Under the pieces are notes generated by a model. It worked only from the letters and a program-made list of their open reading frames with translations. It did no database searches and was not told where the DNA came from. Position numbers and translations under genes: made by a program. This document shows, one piece after another, positions 8,175 through 18,948 of a stretch of 64,000 nt of DNA (position 1 is the first letter of the stretch; the number at the start of each line of letters is the position of its first letter). Origin of the DNA: Planctomycetota bacterium (GTDB taxonomy: Bacteria > Planctomycetota > UBA1135 > UBA2386); contig OZ245838.1 in NCBI GenBank assembly GCA_965228735.1, positions 1,760,001 through 1,824,000 on the forward strand. Direction: 5' to 3'.

Positions 8175-10418
8175 ATGGGATCTGCCACGGCCCTCTCGCG
8201 AGCGCTGCTCGCGCTCGGCGTCTCGCTGGCGGCCGGCTGTGCGATCGTCGGGCCCTGGGAGCGGGAGCTCGAACGGGCCGCGCTGGCGCAGGACCTCGGC
8301 CAGGATCCGGCCGAACTGCTCGCGGCCATCGCCCGAGCCCCCGCGGAGGAGCGCCGCCTGCGAGTGCTCGACATCCAGGCGGACATGCCGGCGGACGACC
8401 GACTTCGTCTGCTGCGGTTCGGACTCGGCCACGATCGCGAGATGGTCGTGTTCGGTGCCGTTCTCTTGATGCCGATGCGCCTGGCGGTGCCGGAGCTCGC
8501 GAACGCGGCCCGCATCGTGCTCCCCCGCATCGGCCAGGCGGACTGCCCGGTGTCCGCGGAGCAGGCCCGGCCCTTGATCGGCAGCGCCGACTTCGGCGCC
8601 TTGGCGAAGGTGCTTCCGCGGCTGGATCCGGAAATCGCCACGCGCTTCGTGCACGACCTTCACCGTATGGCACGACCGAGCGCGATCCCGACGATGTGCC
8701 GACTCGCGAATGAATCCGACGGCGCACTGCGTGACGCGTGGCTCAGCAACTTGCGTCTCGTCGTGAACTACGACGGACGGCACGCCGAACGCGTGTTTCG
8801 CGCATGGCTCGCGGGCCGCGACCTCGAGCCCCATCCCGACGCGTCAGGCCGACTGCCTGGCGTGCTGCGGGCCATGCTGCGCGCCGCGCCGGAGCACGGT
8901 TTTCCCGGCACTCGATGGCTCTATCGCTCCACGCCGGGCGCCGCCGACCTGCCGCTGCTCCAGGGACTGCTCGCGACCGACTGCTGGGCAACCGGCTGTT
9001 CGGCGGCGTGGGCGCTCGGCGCGATGTCGGATCCCGAATCCCTCGCGATCCTACGCGGCGATCCGCCGGCCAACGTGCACTCGCTGGTCTGGGTCGCGGC
9101 GCGCGCGCGGCGCGGTGACGCTGCGGCTCTCGACGCGTTGTTCGCCGGCGACACCGCGCACCTGATGTTCGCGCTGTCGATCGCGGAGCCCGAACGTCGG
9201 CGACGCTACTTCGCGGAGCTGCTCTCGCGACCGGCCGCGGAGGCGGCGCAGACCGCCTACCATCTCGGCTGGTGGCCTCGCGCCAGCGTCGTCGAGACCC
9301 CGGTCGATCCGCCATACGACGATCTGTGGTTCGACGGCCTCGAGCCGATGCTCGCCGCGCGCGACGACGTGCACCCCGTCGTGCTGCGCGCGTTCGTCGA
9401 CGCGCTGCCCGCCTGCGAGACGATCCGCCTCGCGGATCGGCTGCTCGATGCCCCGACGAACGAGCTGTTCGGCAGACTCGACGACGAGGACTGGCTCAAC
9501 TATCGGTGCGTCGGTCACGGCGGGGTGTGGGCCTTTCTCGAGGTCACGCGACCGGAACGGTTTCGTCGCCTCCTGCGCGCCGGCGTGACCGGCGACGACG
9601 AGGCGGTACGGGCTCGCTGCGCCGCGCTGCTGGCGCGACTGGGCAGCCACACGGAAGCCGAGCCGCTCGCGGCGATCGCGGAGTGGCTGGTGGCCGAGGG
9701 CGACGACATCGACTGGCAGCTGTTCGCCAGAGGCGGCGACCGCGCGGTCGTCCAGGTGCTGGAGAAGAAGCTCGACACCGTCCCCGCAGTTCTCCGCGGC
9801 ACCGTGCTCGCTGCCATCGCCGTCGCGCACGGCATGCCGGTCGGCGTCGGCTGGGATCCCGAACGCTCCGCGGGCGACCCCGCCGGCGTGCGCCGAGCCG
9901 TCCTCGCCGGCGATCCAGCGCGGGCGTACGTCCTCAGCAAACCAGAACTGCCGACCTTCCGCGCCCTGCCGGTCGTGCAGTGGCGACAGCCAGGCGTGAC
10001 GACGTACCTGGCCGAACGCCGCGCCAACCCGGACGAGTCCCACGATCCCCAGTCGCTGTACGGGTTCGACCTCGCGTGGAACCTCGCCCACGGCACAACA
10101 GTGGATCGCGAGCGCCTGATGCAACCGATCATCGACGGACGCTATGCGACCCACGACACGTTCCCGGCCGACGTCGCGGCCGCGGCCTGGGACCTCGACG
10201 GTCTGCCGTTCTGGATCGACGAACTCGGCACCAACTGCTGCAAGGTCGGGTTGATCGACGAGGTTCTTGAGCAGTTCTTCGGCTGCGACAGCGAAGCGTT
10301 CGACCGCAGCGAGTACCTCGAACCAGCCGCAGCGTTCCTCCGTCGCACGCTGCTGCCCGTGCGGGACCGCCTGCGCTGGAGCCGCATCGCGAACGGCTAC
10401 GTCGTCGCTGGCCGCTGA
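8175..10418 (+). CDS. Large helical (HEAT-like) lipoprotein, hypothetical
   Basis: Lipobox LAAGC; AAWALG and VRARCAALLARLG helical repeats. Confidence 0.6.
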   Translation: MGSATALSRALLALGVSLAAGCAIVGPWERELERAALAQDLGQDPAELLAAIARAPAEERRLRVLDIQADMPADDRLRLLRFGLGHDREMVVFGAVLLMPMRLAVPELANAARIVLPRIGQADCPVSAEQARPLIGSADFGALAKVLPRLDPEIATRFVHDLHRMARPSAIPTMCRLANESDGALRDAWLSNLRLVVNYDGRHAERVFRAWLAGRDLEPHPDASGRLPGVLRAMLRAAPEHGFPGTRWLYRSTPGAADLPLLQGLLATDCWATGCSAAWALGAMSDPESLAILRGDPPANVHSLVWVAARARRGDAAALDALFAGDTAHLMFALSIAEPERRRRYFAELLSRPAAEAAQTAYHLGWWPRASVVETPVDPPYDDLWFDGLEPMLAARDDVHPVVLRAFVDALPACETIRLADRLLDAPTNELFGRLDDEDWLNYRCVGHGGVWAFLEVTRPERFRRLLRAGVTGDDEAVRARCAALLARLGSHTEAEPLAAIAEWLVAEGDDIDWQLFARGGDRAVVQVLEKKLDTVPAVLRGTVLAAIAVAHGMPVGVGWDPERSAGDPAGVRRAVLAGDPARAYVLSKPELPTFRALPVVQWRQPGVTTYLAERRANPDESHDPQSLYGFDLAWNLAHGTTVDRERLMQPIIDGRYATHDTFPADVAAAAWDLDGLPFWIDELGTNCCKVGLIDEVLEQFFGCDSEAFDRSEYLEPAAAFLRRTLLPVRDRLRWSRIANGYVVAGR

Positions 10419-10533
10419 GCCGACAGCACTTGCGCTGTCGGGCAACGTCGCGCCCGGCCGTCGCCACACTACCTCTCGGCGGACGCTATCCTGAACGACG
10501 CACCCGATCCGGCAACGCGTACCCGTCCACCGC

Positions 10534-10552
10534 TATTGCGACTGGGTCTCAA
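10534..10552. promoter_or_regulatory. Fur-family-like operator, copy 1
   Basis: TTGCGAC-TGG-GTCTCAA imperfect palindrome about 55 nt upstream of ATG 10606; 17/18 identical to 20281-20298. Confidence 0.6.
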
Positions 10553-10605
10553 ATTGCTTTAGCGTCCGCACCCCAGGCCCCCACCCCACAGACGACCCCA
10601 CACCG

Positions 10606-12039
10606 ATGAAGCACCCGTCCATCCTCTCGCTGCTCACGCTGGCGCTCACGTCCCCCGCGCTCGCCCAGATCCCACAGCTCGTGCCGTTCGACGGGACGCT
10701 CGATCTCATGGTCGTCGACTCCTCGTTCGACGGCATCTGGCGGCTCGCCGATCTCAACCAGGACGGTGACTACCTCGACGGCGGCGAGATCACGACGTTC
10801 TACAGCGACACGATCGGGTCGATCGCACTGACCAACCCCAACTGCATCGCGGTTTCGCCGCTCGGCTCGACCTACATCGGCGACTCGACGGCCGACGTGA
10901 TCGTCGCGCTCGTCGACCTCGACGCGGACGGCAGCGCGAACGGTGCCGGTGAACACACCGTGTTCTTCGACAGCGCGACCAACGCGAGCGGCATCGTCAT
11001 GCCGTCGATCCAGGGGCTCACAGTGGCGGCCAGCAGCGAGGTGTTCGCCGCGGTGTCCAACACGAGCTCCAGCGGCGTCGACATGATCGTGCGGCTCTTC
11101 GACAGCAACGCCGACGGCGACGCCAACGACCTCGGCGAGGCCACGATCTACTGTCAGATTCCCAACGCGTCGACGGGCGTCGGGGACTCGATCCCGACCA
11201 TGGTCGTCGCCGGCCCCGACACCAGGCTGTACTACACCGACGTCGGCGCGACCGGCGCGGTCACGAAGGGCGTCTGGCGGCTCGACGACCTCAACTTCGA
11301 CGGCGACTGCAACGACCCGGGCGAGGTCAACCTGTTCTGGACGCCGCCCGCCCCGGGCAATGCGTTCTACTGGTCGCTCGCCGTCGACCGCGACGGCTAC
11401 TTCTACGTCACCGACCACGGCAACGAGACGATCTGGCGCGGCCGTGACGGCAATGGCGACAACGTCATCGACACGACCGAGGAGCAGCTGTTCTACCAGA
11501 CTGCGAGTTCGACCTGGTGGGACATCGTGCTGCGCGACGACGGCGTCGTGCTCGTCTGCGAGGACCAGAGCCCCGACCGCATCACCGCGCTCGTCGACCT
11601 CAACAACGACGGCGACGCGCTCGATCCCGGCGAGTCATCCGACGTCTACGCCGATGGCCTCACCGCCGTCGACCTGCGCCCGCGCGGCGCGGCCTTCCTG
11701 CGGGCGCCCGAGCTCGCGGTCGTGCCGAACACCGTCATGATCGGCAACGCGAGCACGGTCTTCGTCACCGCGGGCAAGCCCGGCGACCTCGTGATCCTCG
11801 GTGCGTCGTTCGGCCTGCAACCGCCGAGCCCGCTCGCGCCGTTCGGCGAAGCCGAGCTGAACCCGGCGCTCGTGGTGTCGTTCGGCCTGAGCTTCGCGAA
11901 CCCGTCGGCGCAGACCTCGACGCCGATCAACATCCCGAACAACCCGAGCGTGGTCGGCAACTACGGCTTCCAGGCCCTCGCCGGCGATCTGTTCCGGCCG
12001 TTCCTGAGCAACGGCGGCCTCCTGACCGTCACGCCGTAG
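10606..12039 (+). CDS. Secreted protein with repeated DxNxDGD Ca-binding loops (beta-propeller-like)
   Basis: Signal peptide; six D-x-[ND]-x-D-[GN]-x-x-[ND]-type repeats, e.g. DLNQDGDYLD, DSNADGDAND, DLNNDGDALD. Confidence 0.75.
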   Translation: MKHPSILSLLTLALTSPALAQIPQLVPFDGTLDLMVVDSSFDGIWRLADLNQDGDYLDGGEITTFYSDTIGSIALTNPNCIAVSPLGSTYIGDSTADVIVALVDLDADGSANGAGEHTVFFDSATNASGIVMPSIQGLTVAASSEVFAAVSNTSSSGVDMIVRLFDSNADGDANDLGEATIYCQIPNASTGVGDSIPTMVVAGPDTRLYYTDVGATGAVTKGVWRLDDLNFDGDCNDPGEVNLFWTPPAPGNAFYWSLAVDRDGYFYVTDHGNETIWRGRDGNGDNVIDTTEEQLFYQTASSTWWDIVLRDDGVVLVCEDQSPDRITALVDLNNDGDALDPGESSDVYADGLTAVDLRPRGAAFLRAPELAVVPNTVMIGNASTVFVTAGKPGDLVILGASFGLQPPSPLAPFGEAELNPALVVSFGLSFANPSAQTSTPINIPNNPSVVGNYGFQALAGDLFRPFLSNGGLLTVTP

Positions 12040-12116
12040 CTCCGTCCCTGCCCGCGGCGTCGGAGCGGTGCGGGATTGCATAGCGCCCGCGGCCGCACCA
12101 CACTCCCGGTCCGCTC

Positions 12117-13484
12117 ATGGCGTTCCACGGTCTCGCCTTCCGGGTCGGCCTGCCGATCCTGCTGCTCGTCCTCGTCGAGACCATCGCGCTCGCCGTCTAC
12201 ATGACGATGCAGGTCGCGGCCGAGGCGCGATCGCAGCTCGAACGACTCGCGGCCGCCGACGCCGCGTTCATCGCGCAGGCCAGCCTGCCGCTCACCGAAG
12301 GGCTCGCGCGCGACCTGCAGCGGGTCACCGGGTTCGAGGTGTTCTTCCGCGGCCCGCGCGACGTGATGCCGGCCGTCAGCGACCCCCTGAAAGCGGCTGC
12401 GATCGAACGCATCCCGGCCGACGGCAGCGCCCACGCGGACGGCGCCTTCGAGTTCGTCGCCGTGCCGCTCGCGGCGAGCATCGACTCCGCCTCGGGTCGC
12501 GCGCTCGTGCTCGCGCGCGCGCGCGGCGGCGAGGCGTTCGACCCGCGCATCCTGCAGGTCCTCGGGGCGTTCTGGCTGCTCGCCATCGTGGCCGCCTGGC
12601 TCGGTGTGCGCAGTCTCGTGCGTCCGCTCCGCCGACTGACGGCCCACCTGCCGGCGATCGAGAGCACGGCACCGATCGACGTGCCCGAAGCCACCCGCCC
12701 GGACGAGATCGGCGACCTCGCGCGCGCGTTCATCGGCACCCGCCGGGCGCTGCACGAAGAACGCGAATTGCGGGCACGCATGGAGAAGACCGCGATGCTC
12801 GGGCGCATGACTGCCTCCCTCGCCCACGAGGTGCAGAACCCGGTCGCGGCGATCCAGCTGCACGCCCAGCTGCTGCGGGACGGTGACCCCGAGAGTTCGC
12901 GCGCAGCCGCCGACGTCATCGAGCGCGAGGCCGCGCGGATCGACGGACTGATCAGCCAGTGGCTGTTCCTCACCCGCCCCGAGCCGCCGGCGCTGCTGTC
13001 GCACGACCTCGGCGAGATCGCCGCCAAGGCGCTCGCGACGCACCGGGCCCAGCTAGAGCACAGCGACGTCGAGGCCGCGCTGCACCGCGACGGTGACGCG
13101 ACGCTCCTGTGCGACGCGCGTCGCCTCGGCCAGGTCGTCGACAACCTCGTCGTGAACGCCATCCAGGCGATGCCGAACGGCGGCGCGCTCGACATCCGCG
13201 TCGCCACTGCAGGCGCCGACGACGTCCACCTCAGCGTCGCCGACCGCGGCACGGGCTTCTCCGAATCCGCGCTCAGCAAGAGCGCCGAGTTCTTCTACAG
13301 CGAGAAGGAGGGCGGCATGGGCATCGGCCTCGGCGTCGCGACGGAGATCGTGCGCGCGCACGGCGGCACGCTCGCGGTTGCGAACCGGGACGGCGGCGGC
13401 GCCGTTGTCACCGTGACCCTGCCGCGGCACGGACCCGAGAATCCCCCCACCCCCGCCGCTCCCGAGGAGTCGGCCCAGCGATGA
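12117..13484 (+). CDS. Membrane sensor histidine kinase with HAMP domain
   Basis: Two TM segments, RPDEIGDLARAF, LAHEVQNP H-box, NLVVNAIQAM, DRGTG, GMGIGL. Confidence 0.95.
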   Translation: MAFHGLAFRVGLPILLLVLVETIALAVYMTMQVAAEARSQLERLAAADAAFIAQASLPLTEGLARDLQRVTGFEVFFRGPRDVMPAVSDPLKAAAIERIPADGSAHADGAFEFVAVPLAASIDSASGRALVLARARGGEAFDPRILQVLGAFWLLAIVAAWLGVRSLVRPLRRLTAHLPAIESTAPIDVPEATRPDEIGDLARAFIGTRRALHEERELRARMEKTAMLGRMTASLAHEVQNPVAAIQLHAQLLRDGDPESSRAAADVIEREAARIDGLISQWLFLTRPEPPALLSHDLGEIAAKALATHRAQLEHSDVEAALHRDGDATLLCDARRLGQVVDNLVVNAIQAMPNGGALDIRVATAGADDVHLSVADRGTGFSESALSKSAEFFYSEKEGGMGIGLGVATEIVRAHGGTLAVANRDGGGAVVTVTLPRHGPENPPTPAAPEESAQR

Positions 13485-14866
13485 AGTCGATCGTCATCAT
13501 CGAGGACGAAGCCGCGCTCGCCTCCGCGCTCGCGATCAGCGTTCGGCGCATGGGCTTTCTGCCGTACACCGCGGCGTCGGCGATGCGCGGCCTGCAGGTC
13601 GTCGGGCGGGAGCGGCCGGTGCTCGTGGTGCTCGACATCGGCCTGCCGGACGCGAGCGGGATCGAGGTGCTCGCCGAGATCCGCAAGCGGGCACCGGAGC
13701 TGCCCGTGCTCGTCATCACGGCCCACGGCAACCTGCAGAACGCGGTCGACGCGCGCCAGCGCGGGGCATCCGGATACCTCGTCAAACCGCTCGACGTGGC
13801 CGAGTTCGAGACCACGATCCGCTCGCTGCTGCGCACCGACGTCGCGATCACCGCCGCCCCCACGGCGGTCGAGGACCCGACGCCGCTGCTCATCGGGTCG
13901 GCGCCCGCGATGCAGCCGGCGTTCGCGGCGATCGCCCACGCCTGCGCCGCCGATGTGCCGGTCCTGCTCTCCGGGCCGATCGGCGTCGGCAAGTCACTCG
14001 CGGCGCGCATCGTGCACCGGAGCAGCGCCCGGCAAAGCGGCCCGTTCGTCACGATGCGCTGCGCCGGCCTGCCAGGGGATCGACTCGAGGCCGAGCTCTT
14101 CGGCAGCGGCGCGAACGCCGGCCAAGTCGAACGCGCCGCGTCGGGCACGTTGTTCCTCGACGAAGTCGGCGAACTGCCGCCGAGTGCGCAGATCGGGCTG
14201 CTGCGGCTCATCGAGGACGGGACCTTCGCACGGGTGGGTGACCCGGAGGACCGACGCGCCGACGTTCGCGTCCTCGCTGCCTCGACCGCGGACCTGCTGA
14301 CCGCCTCGCAGGAGAAGCACTTCCGCGAGGACCTGCTCTACCGGCTGCGCGTGCTCGAGGTGCAACTGCCCGCACTCGCCGAACGCGCGAGTGACGTGCC
14401 GGCGCTCTGCGCCTACCTGCTCGCGCGGATCCGGAAGGGCGATGCGAACGAGCTGGCCCTGTCGGAGGAAGCGCTCGCGGTCCTGCAACGCCACAGCTGG
14501 CCGGGCAACGTGCGTGAACTCCGCAGCGCGCTCGAGCACGCGGCCACCGTGAGCAACGGTTCGATCATCCTCGAACGGAACCTGCCCGCCGATCTGCTCG
14601 CGGCCGCCGGCGACGCGCCGGCGGCAACCGCGTTGCTCGACCGCGTGCTCCCCGAGTGGATCGAGCGCCGGCTGCCGGTGGCCAAGACCTACGACGCGCT
14701 CCACGGCGAGCTCGAGGCGCGCCTGCTCGCGACCCTGCTGCCGCGCTACGAGGGCAAGCCGACCCTGCTCGCCCGCGCGCTGTCGATGAACCGCGCGACG
14801 TTGCGAAAGCGGCTGCGCGAGTACGGGCTCGCGAAGGCCGGCGACGGCGATGACACCGACGCTTGA
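13481..14866 (+). CDS. NtrC-family response regulator (REC-AAA+-HTH) lacking GAFTGA
   Basis: ATGA overlap with the kinase; LDIGLPD receiver; GPIGVGKS, GTLFLDEVGEL, FREDLLYRL, WPGNVREL; C-terminal HTH NRATLRKRL. Confidence 0.92.
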   Translation: MKSIVIIEDEAALASALAISVRRMGFLPYTAASAMRGLQVVGRERPVLVVLDIGLPDASGIEVLAEIRKRAPELPVLVITAHGNLQNAVDARQRGASGYLVKPLDVAEFETTIRSLLRTDVAITAAPTAVEDPTPLLIGSAPAMQPAFAAIAHACAADVPVLLSGPIGVGKSLAARIVHRSSARQSGPFVTMRCAGLPGDRLEAELFGSGANAGQVERAASGTLFLDEVGELPPSAQIGLLRLIEDGTFARVGDPEDRRADVRVLAASTADLLTASQEKHFREDLLYRLRVLEVQLPALAERASDVPALCAYLLARIRKGDANELALSEEALAVLQRHSWPGNVRELRSALEHAATVSNGSIILERNLPADLLAAAGDAPAATALLDRVLPEWIERRLPVAKTYDALHGELEARLLATLLPRYEGKPTLLARALSMNRATLRKRLREYGLAKAGDGDDTDA

Positions 14867-15033
14867 GCGACGCGCGCGAGGGCCGGGAGGGACAGAAGTT
14901 GCCCAGCCGGCGTTCGTTCGTGGTCACGCCCCATCCATCTGTCAGCAACGAGGATAGAAACAGGGCCGAAGGTGGACTCCCGGCGGGTCGGGGCTGAACT
15001 TCGACGGCTCGACGCCCGTTCCGCGACCCGACG

Positions 15034-17226
15034 ATGGCAGCCCCCCGCTCTCCCCGATCCATCCTGTGCGCCGCCGCCGCAGCGCTCTCCCTCTCCGCCA
15101 CCACCCCGCTCTTCGCTCAAGGGGAAACAACCCCGCCGCCGACCGGCCCGGAGCCTGAAGGATCGACCGAAGCGACGGAGCAGAATCCCCGCACCCGCCC
15201 CGTCGTCGTCACGGCGACACGCTCGGCAGAAGACCCGTTCCGCGTGCCGTTCTCGACGGCCACGATCACGCGCGAGCAGTTCCGTCGCCGCTCCTACCGC
15301 ACGACCCCGCAGGCGCTGCGCGACACGCCCGGGGTGATGGTCCAGGAGACCGCGCACGGCCACGGCTCGCCCTACATCCGCGGCGTCACGAGCTTCCGCA
15401 ACCTGTTCCTCATCGACGGGATCCGACTCAACAACTCGGTGTTCCGCCCCGGTCCGAACCAGTACTGGAACACGGTCGATCCCTACTCGCTCGATCGCCT
15501 CGAACTCGTCAAGGGCCCGAGCTCCGTGCTCTACGGCTCGGACGCCGTCGGCGGCACGGTCAACGCGATCACCAAGGACCCGTACACCTACGGCAGCGGC
15601 ACTGATGGCGTGACGTACGGCGGCAACAGCTACGTGCGCTACGCGACCGCCGAGAACTCGCTGCACGGCCGCGGCGAGATCAGCGTCGGCTACACGCACG
15701 AGGACGGCAGCCGCACCGGTGTCCTGTTCGGTGGCACCGCGAAGAACTTCGGCGACCTCGAAGGCGGCAAGGCCGTCGGCACGCAGCCCGCGACGGGCTA
15801 CGAGGAGTATGCGTTCGATCTCAAGGTCGAGCACTGGTTCGACGAGAACACGCGCCTCGTCTTCCTGCACCAGAACCTCGCCCAGGACGACGTGCCGCGC
15901 ACCCACCGCACCGTGAACGGCATCACGTGGCGCGGCCTGACGAGCGACAGCGACCTGCAGCGCAACTTCGACCAGGACCGCCACCTCAGCTACGTGCAGT
16001 TCCACAAGGAACGCATGGGCGGGATCATCGACGAGGTCCACGCGAGCGTGTCGTTCCACCGGCAGGAAGAGGTGCGCAACCGCGTGCGGGGCAGCGGCGC
16101 GGCCGAGGCCCAGGGTTTCGACGTCGACACCTACGGCGCGTTCGTCCAGCTCGCCAGCGATTCGCCGATCGGCCGGCTGACCTACGGCATCGAGCTCTAC
16201 CACGACGAGGTCGACACGTTCTTCCGGGACGGCACGCCGACGGCCGCGGAGATGATCCAGGGCCCGGTCGGCGATGACGCGACCTACGACCTGCTCGGCG
16301 TCTACGTGCAGGACGAGATCCAGGTCTCCGACTGCTTCAGCCTGAACCTCGGCGTGCGCTTCAACTACGTGGCCGCCGACGCCGACAGCGTGCGCGACCC
16401 CGTGACGTCGACGCAGATCGCGCTCGACGACGACTGGAACGCGTTCGTCGGCAGCGCCCGCTTCCTCTACGAGGCCGTCGAGGACACCGTGAACGTGTTC
16501 GGCGGCGTCTCGCAGGGCTTCCGCGCCCCCAACCTGTCGGACCTCAGCCGGTTCGACAGCGCGCGCTCCGGCGAGCAGGAGATCCCGGCCCCTGGCCTCG
16601 ATCCGGAGAACTACATCCAGTACGAGATCGGCACGAAGGTGGAGAGCGAGAACCTGTCGCTGCAGGCGGCCTACTTCTACACGGACATCGAGGACCAGAT
16701 CCTGCGATTCCCGACGGGCAACCTCAACGGCGGCAACGTCGAGGTCACGAAGGACAACGTCGGCGAGGGGCACATCCAGGGCGTCGAGTTCGGCGCCGCG
16801 TGGCGCGTCTACGACTGCACGACGCTGTTCGGCAACACGACGTGGCTCGACGGCGAGATCAGCAACTTCGACAACACGGGTTCGACGTTCGCGGAAACCT
16901 ATCCGACGCGCCTGATGCCGATCACGACGCAGATCGGCCTGCGCTGGGAAGAGGCCGCAGGCAACTGCTGGGCCGAGACCGTCGTCGTGCGCGCCGAAGA
17001 CGCGGACAAGCTGTCGTTCGGCGACCTGCGTGACACCAGCCGCATCCCGCCCGGCGGGACGCCGAGCTACACCGTGTGGCACATCCGTTCGGGCTGGCAG
17101 GTCTCGGACCAGACGTCGGTCGAGTTCCTGCTCGAGAACATCACCGACGAGGACTACCGCGTGCACGGCTCGGGCCTCAACCGGCCGGGCCGCAACTTCA
17201 TCTTCGGAGTCGCGACCACCTTCTAG
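15034..17226 (+). CDS. TonB-dependent receptor
   Basis: VVVTATR TonB box, plug motif LELVKGPSSVLYGSDAVGG, ENITD...PGRNF, terminal Phe. Confidence 0.95.
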   Translation: MAAPRSPRSILCAAAAALSLSATTPLFAQGETTPPPTGPEPEGSTEATEQNPRTRPVVVTATRSAEDPFRVPFSTATITREQFRRRSYRTTPQALRDTPGVMVQETAHGHGSPYIRGVTSFRNLFLIDGIRLNNSVFRPGPNQYWNTVDPYSLDRLELVKGPSSVLYGSDAVGGTVNAITKDPYTYGSGTDGVTYGGNSYVRYATAENSLHGRGEISVGYTHEDGSRTGVLFGGTAKNFGDLEGGKAVGTQPATGYEEYAFDLKVEHWFDENTRLVFLHQNLAQDDVPRTHRTVNGITWRGLTSDSDLQRNFDQDRHLSYVQFHKERMGGIIDEVHASVSFHRQEEVRNRVRGSGAAEAQGFDVDTYGAFVQLASDSPIGRLTYGIELYHDEVDTFFRDGTPTAAEMIQGPVGDDATYDLLGVYVQDEIQVSDCFSLNLGVRFNYVAADADSVRDPVTSTQIALDDDWNAFVGSARFLYEAVEDTVNVFGGVSQGFRAPNLSDLSRFDSARSGEQEIPAPGLDPENYIQYEIGTKVESENLSLQAAYFYTDIEDQILRFPTGNLNGGNVEVTKDNVGEGHIQGVEFGAAWRVYDCTTLFGNTTWLDGEISNFDNTGSTFAETYPTRLMPITTQIGLRWEEAAGNCWAETVVVRAEDADKLSFGDLRDTSRIPPGGTPSYTVWHIRSGWQVSDQTSVEFLLENITDEDYRVHGSGLNRPGRNFIFGVATTF

Positions 17227-17355
17227 AACTTCTCGATCACGACACACGCGCGAAGGGGCAACCGAGCGCGACGGCAGGTTCAGGGACGTGTCTGCCGGTG
17301 CCGGGGTCGATGCGCCCCGCTGCGGATGGATCACCGCGGCGGGGCGCTGCTTTGT

Positions 17356-18336
17356 TCACAGCGCGGCGAGCGCCTGGCGTGTCATGGCGCGGGTGTAGCG
17401 GTGGATCTTCCAGTGATCCGGGGCCCAGCCGACGAGGAAGCGGTGGAAGTCGGCCCACGCCGCCGGATAGAGGGCGCGCCACTCGCGCTCGACGGCCACA
17501 CCGTCGACCGCCGGATCCAGCCGTTCTCGCAGATGGCCGAAGTAGTCGTCGAGCAGCGCCGGCGCGCGCACCTCGCACTGGGCGTCGTCGAGGCAGCTGC
17601 TGAGGAAGTAGGCGACGTCCTTGATGCCGGGACCACCGCCCACGTACTGGAAGTCGACGGCCGCGACCGGTTCGGTCCCGCCATCCGCGAAACAGAAGTT
17701 GGCCGCCTTGCAGTCGCCGTGCACGAGCGTCTGGAACCGGCACGACTCGAGCTTCTCGGCCAGCACTGGCGCTGCCGCGCGCAGCTCGTCGTCGCGCATC
17801 GCAGCGAGCTCGTCCTGCCGCGTCGCGAGGTGCCAGTAGGTGCCACACGGCCACAGCCCGCGCGGCTTCACACCGAGATTGCGCGCGTGGAAGGCCGCGA
17901 GCCAGCGCAGGCACGCTTCGATTCGCTCCGGCGGGAGCTCGATGCCACGGCCCCCGTAGCCCGCCGCGTCGAGATCTTCGAGCAGGAAACGCCAGCCGGT
18001 GCCGTGGCGTTCGGCCACGGCGCACGCCGCTGTGCGTGATCCCGGCTGCGGCTGCGGCACCCAGTCGCGATACCACGCGCACTCGACCTCGTAGGACCGC
18101 AGCTTGCGGCCGTGCGCCGTGGCGCCGCTCCAACCGCGCGGATGCGCGTTCTCCGGCGCGGGCTCGACCCACTTCACGATCACGCTCGCAGCAGGTCCGC
18201 CGTCGAGGTGAACGCGGACGATCTCGCCGTAGCCGCTCCAGAGCGACTGCACGGTCTCCGCGTCGACGGGGCGGCCGCCGGTGTGGCGCAGCAGCCACTC
18301 GGCGACGTCGGGGTCGGTCAGCAGCCGGTCACGCAC
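17356..18336 (-). CDS. Phosphotransferase (APH/choline/ecdysteroid kinase-like)
   Basis: QSLWSGYG, LLEDL, HGDCKAANF, VDFQYVG. Confidence 0.88.
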   Translation of the reverse strand: MRDRLLTDPDVAEWLLRHTGGRPVDAETVQSLWSGYGEIVRVHLDGGPAASVIVKWVEPAPENAHPRGWSGATAHGRKLRSYEVECAWYRDWVPQPQPGSRTAACAVAERHGTGWRFLLEDLDAAGYGGRGIELPPERIEACLRWLAAFHARNLGVKPRGLWPCGTYWHLATRQDELAAMRDDELRAAAPVLAEKLESCRFQTLVHGDCKAANFCFADGGTEPVAAVDFQYVGGGPGIKDVAYFLSSCLDDAQCEVRAPALLDDYFGHLRERLDPAVDGVAVEREWRALYPAAWADFHRFLVGWAPDHWKIHRYTRAMTRQALAAL

Positions 18337-18411
18337 GGAGCGGAGGCCACATCCGGTTGCTGGGCGATCGTCGCGCGGCCGCGATCGCGGCCGCGGCGAC
18401 GGAATGCGAAC

Positions 18412-18948
18412 TCAGCCCTTCTTGTCGGCCTTCTTGGCCGTGACCGGCACGACGACCTGCTTGTCGCCGAACACGATCGCGAGCGAGCACGCGTCGTTCT
18501 CGGCCGACGGCTCGAGCGACATCTTGAGGCACTTCGACTTCTTCGGCGCGTCGGTCATCACCATGCGCCAGCGCACGGGCTCGCCTTCCTCGGGCGCGAG
18601 GTTGAGGATCCAGCCGGCCTGCTCGTGAACGGTGAAGTACATCTTGTACTTGCCGGCCGGGACCATCTTGCCCGCAGTCTCGAGATCGCAGGAGGTCTCG
18701 ACCATGCCGATCGGACGCTTCGCGGCGAACTCGTTGAAGCGCTCGTGACGGTCGGCGTTGTCCTTGATGCCCTGCCACGCGCCGTCGCCGAAGCGGATCG
18801 ACGTGTACTGCAGCTTCAGCTTGTTGTCGCCCATCTCGATCGCGTTGGTGATCTTCGGGGCGCCGCGGTTGATGCTGCCGCTGATCTGGGCCTGCAGCCC
18901 GACGGACAGGGTCGCCGCGCAGGCGAGGGAGAGAACGAACTTCATCAT
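18412..18948 (-). CDS. Exported DUF2911-like protein
   Basis: Signal peptide; GKMVPAGKYKMYF motif; start could be any of three nearby ATGs. Confidence 0.65.
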   Translation of the reverse strand: MMKFVLSLACAATLSVGLQAQISGSINRGAPKITNAIEMGDNKLKLQYTSIRFGDGAWQGIKDNADRHERFNEFAAKRPIGMVETSCDLETAGKMVPAGKYKMYFTVHEQAGWILNLAPEEGEPVRWRMVMTDAPKKSKCLKMSLEPSAENDACSLAIVFGDKQVVVPVTAKKADKKG

